This document shows positions 60,028 through 64,000 of a stretch of DNA of 64,000 bases, in pieces. This DNA is from Centroscyllium fabricii (taxonomy: Eukaryota): assembly GCA_051313645.2 (NCBI GenBank), contig JBNRSN020000002.1, forward strand, positions 434,496,001-434,560,000, written 5' to 3'. The notes under the pieces were generated by a model. The model was not told the DNA's origin and did no database searches. It saw only the letters and a program-made list of their open reading frames with translations. Made by a program: the position numbers and the translations under genes. The first letter of the stretch is position 1, and each line of letters starts with the position of its first letter.

Positions 60028-60954
60028 CAGGTTGAGCACCCATAATCCAGCACCCGATGGTCCAGCAGCTTCAGTGGTTCGGCACGATTGGAAACCGACG
60101 CTCTTTATTTTGCGGAGCATCCGCTCGGCGGTGCCACCATTTCCCGCGAAGGGTGGGCGAGCGCCGAAGGTGTCGGGCATTTGGGTTTCTGGTTTTTTTA
60201 CGTCTTAGAAACATAGAAACATAGAAACTAGGAGCAGGAGTAGGCCATTCGGCCCTTCGAGCCTGCTCCGCCATTCAATTAGATCATGACTGATCATCCA
60301 AACCCAGTACCCCACCCCTGCCCTCTCCCCATATCCCTTGATTCCCATCGAGCCTGCACCGACACATATCCCACCCTATCCCCGTAACCCCACATATTTA
60401 ATCCCCCTAACACTAAGGGTCAATTTATCCTGGCCAATCAACCTAACTCGCACATCTTTGGACTGTGGGAGGAAACCGGAGCACCCAGAGGAAACCCACG
60501 CAGACACGGGGAGAATGTACAAACTCCACACAGATAGTCACCCGAGGCTGGATTTGAACCCGGGTCTTGTAAGTGTTCTATCCCTGGGCTCCATCCCGGG
60601 GCGTGTTCTACCGCGCACTCCGGGCCCCGTCGAGTGTTCTGCCATGCGCTCCAGGCCCCGGGGAGTGTTCTGCCGCGCGCTCCAGGCCCCGGGGAGTGTT
60701 CTACCGCACGCTCCAGGATCCGGGGAGTGTTCTACCGCACGCTCCAGGCCCCGGGGAGTGTTCTACCGCACGCTCCAGGCCCCGGGGAGTGTTCTACCGC
60801 ACGCTCCAGGATCCGGGGAGTGTTCTACCGTGCGCTCTGAGCCCCGGGGAGTGTTCTACCCGTATGCTCCCCCCGAACCTTCAGTGGTTCGGAATTTTCA
60901 GTGGTCCGGCACCGGCCTGGTCCCGAGGGTGCCGGATTAACGGTGCTCAACCTG
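60028..60954 (+). mobile_element. Tigger-like MITE (family of 7178-7524) with nested V-SINE (60207-60563, minus) and expanded ~30-bp repeat
   Basis: TA|CAGGTTGAGCACC...GGTGCTCAACCTG|TA. CCGGGGAGTGTTCTACCGCACGCTCCAGG repeats at about 60590-60860. Confidence 0.88.
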
Positions 60955-61455
60955 TACTCTCTGTGTGAAGAAGTGCTTCCTGACATTACCCCTGATTGGC
61001 CCAGCTCTAATTTTAAGGTTAGGTCCCCTTGTTCTGGACTCCCCAAGATGGCGCAATCCATTTGGTTTCCTTTCCTTTCGTGTGTGGGAACATCGCCCTC
61101 TCATGATGGCACAGCTGGGATTGGTGACCCATTGTGGACAGATAGTTTTGAAAATGTTAAGTCATTATTTCTTGCCCATAGAATCATACAGAACTTGTCT
61201 GAATCCATAAAAAAATTTTTTTTTAAACAATTTGAAACACAGGATACAACTAAGGCAACTCCACTCGGTTTGCCTGTTCTTGACTTGCATTATAGCATCC
61301 AAATCTTGATACAACCATGGCAATAATTGAAATGAGTCTTGACTGACCGTAATCTAATTTAAGAGGGCATAATCTTAAAATTAGAGCTGGGCCAGTTAGG
61401 AGTGAAATCAGGAAGGGTGGTGAAAATCTAAAACCCTCTCCCCTAACTTTTCAAG

Positions 61456-62756
61456 ATGTGGACTGGTGTGGACAAATGTAAGAAGTCACACAACACCAGG
61501 TTATAGTCCAACAGCTTTATTTGAAATCACAAGCTTTCGGAGCGCTGCTCCTTCATCAGGCCATTCAGCCTCCGATCTTCGGGTAAGCATTCTCCAAGGC
61601 GGCCTTCGAGACACACGACAACGCAAAATCGTCGAGCAGAGGCTGATAGCCAAGTTCCGCACTCATGAGCGAGGCCTCAACCGTGAGATTGGCTTCATGT
61701 GACCCCCACCTGACGCAGAGTCATCCAGACTCGAGTCGTCTTTGGCTTGTCCTCACCACGCAGCTGCGGCTGTACCGGCTGCGATTTCCAGCAAGAAAAA
61801 TCTTTTTTTTTTAATTGTTCTGTGTGGGTTTTCACACAGACCCCAGACTGAGCAACATTTGACCCTTTGCGACTCCACCTCATTGTTCCTGGGGTGGTGC
61901 CTGACTGACTGACTGATCTGTTTGAACACCATTCACACCTTTGATTGCTATGAATGTCTCTCTGCCGAGGTGTGATGAAGGGCAGTTGGAAAGACTACAT
62001 TGTTCTCTCCGGCGCGTGTAGACGCAGCGGCTTTGCGTCTCCCGGGGTGATGCTTTCCGCTGGTAGTTCTGGGTCTGTTCACTCGGAGGGGATGGCGAGT
62101 TCGGCGTGGTAGTGCACCGGGGTCAGTGCAACGGAGTTGTTGGAGCACCGGGATGTCTGCGATCAGAGCATTGGGGATGCACCGAGGCCGACATGGTCGG
62201 AGCGCCCGGGCCTTGAGGTCGTGTTCGGAGCCGGAGCCTGCGTGGTCACCGAGGTTGGTGTGCTCGGAGCGCCAGAGCCTGCGTGGTCACCGAGGTCGGT
62301 GTGCTCGGAGCGCCAGAGCCTGCGTGGTCACCGAGGTCGACGTGGTCGTAGCACCGGAGGTCGGCAAGTTCGGAGCACTGGGGCCTGCAGAGTCAGAGTG
62401 CCGGTGCCTGCGTGGTCACCGAGGTGGTCGTAGCGCCGGAGGTCGGCGAGTTCGGAGCGCCGGAGCCTGCGTGGTCGGAGCACCAGGGCCAACATGGAGT
62501 TGAGCAGACTGGGACTTGAAGCAGTGGACATTTTAACATCTGCATCGTTTCTTGGGAGTTTGCAAGAATGTATTTCGTTGTACAGTGTATTGTGTTTGCT
62601 CACTCTGCAATGACAATAAATTGAATCTAATCTAATCTAATATGCTGTGTTTAAATGCATCTCTCTTACACCTGAAGGAGCTGCGCTCCGAAAGCTTGTG
62701 AGTTCAAATAAAACTGTTGGACTATAACCTGGTGTTGTGTGACTTCTTGCATTTGT
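61456..62756 (+). mobile_element. Penelope family-B insertion with inverted 5' pLTR, inserted in a CR1
   Basis: 13-bp TSD CTAACTTTTCAAG (61443-61455 and 62757-62769), inverted arm 61456-61560, GIY-YIG end 61561-61702. Confidence 0.88.
62011..62641 (+). mobile_element. GC-rich non-coding retroposon with Rex1-type tail
   Basis: ~41-bp tandem units CGGAGCGCCAGAGCCTGCGTGGTCACCGAGGTCGG. It ends ACTCTGCAATGACAATAAATTGAATCTAATCTAAT, like the Rex1 tail at 36417-36452. Confidence 0.55.
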
Positions 62757-64000
62757 CTAACTTTTCAAGGCTGAGATCGATAGATGTTTGCTGGGTAAGG
62801 GTATCGAGGGCAATGGAGCAACAGCGGGTAAATGGAGTCGTGGTACAGGTCAGCCGTGATCTAATTGAATTGTGGCGCAGCAGGCTCGAGGGAGCTGCTG
62901 TCCCAATGCATAATTGAATTGAGTTTTGACTAATCTTAATTTAGTTTTCATAGTTGAGCTCTGTGGCACAGACTCGGGCTATGAATTGACAATCCCAGTC
63001 CTCCTGCAGCACAAGGACAGATGGTACGGGAAATGAAAACGTCGCACAGGTACAATTAGTCTTCAGGCAACCTCCTGAGGCATCGCATGGGGAGCTCTGT
63101 ATGACCTCCAGCCTTTCCTATACCCTGCTTGGAGTGTTTGATATTGTCACTGGGTGCAAAAACAGCTTTGACTTCCCATTGCGGACTTGTCTCCTCATAA
63201 TCATCACAAAAATTCATAACATGCAAGAAAAGAATGCAATACCAGATGGTCCAGAGTAGATCATTAAGGGGGTGTTTCATCCCTTGTTGGATTCGGTCGC
63301 TCTCTGCTGCACCACATGTGCATCAGCTGACCCCAAATCACTACGGGTACCTAGGCGATGCCTCCTGAATATCCATTATAGATTTCCATACTCCCCTGTC
63401 CTTCTCTTATTCATTGACTGAGTTGAAAGTGAAACACGTCTGCTCCCGTAACAGGCAGATGATCAGTATTCGGCCCAACTGACCAGACTCCTGCTCTGAC
63501 AGAGCCCTGCAGGAGTTGTTAACCCAGAAAGCTACATGCACTGGAGCAGCACGTTGACGGATAAAGTGCACGCTTATAAATTGAGAGCAGGGGGCAGAAG
63601 GACTTCACGTTTTTAAGCTGCCTCTGGCTGAGCCGCCGTGGCTCAGAAGGCAGGGGGGGCACAGAGGAATTGAAGATCAATATACAGGAAACTCTTTATT
63701 GTCCGGTGCCGACGGGACCGGCGTGTTGCCCATTTATCAACATTTCCGGATAACAGGGAGGGTTATCTACTGAGGCCTTTTTTAACAAAGAAAAATTAAA
63801 AAATCAAGAAATGTGCAGTAAACAGTAATTGGGTACTCACCTACAGAATGTTGTGTTAAATGGATGGTGGAAGATGCTTGATTAAGTACAGTGCTGCCAG
63901 TTGAGGGTAATGCAATGCCATGACTACCAGCAGCGTGGGCGATATTGGACCAGAATTTCGGGTTTGCCGGTTGGTGGGGAACTAGGACCATGCGGAGCCC

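Overview
Eukaryotic, repeat-saturated vertebrate DNA, most likely a cartilaginous fish (shark). The inference rests on HE1/V-SINE-like and DeuSINE-like SINEs, CR1 LINEs sharing the SINE 3' tail, and Penelope-like GIY-YIG fragments. I cannot confidently recognise any host protein-coding gene. The window is a stack of nested mobile elements: (i) a decayed Mag-like Ty3/Gypsy element (22446-35414) whose 3' LTR holds a very young sushi-type chromovirus (27026-32289) with a Tf1-like self-priming PBS and a -1 frameshift cassette, followed by an apparently identical 3.06-kb duplication that may be an assembly join of two alleles; (ii) a young, internally deleted Gypsy (49018-52903) with an open RT-RNaseH-IN frame, inside a Harbinger-like element carrying a Myb/SANT remnant; (iii) many Penelope-derived insertions built as head-to-head palindromes with minimal hammerhead-ribozyme motifs; (iv) CR1, Rex1/Babar and RTE LINE 3' ends, solo LTRs, and Tigger-, Harbinger- and hAT-like MITEs, many with internal minisatellites. 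All calls were made by eye, and boundaries of older repeats are approximate.
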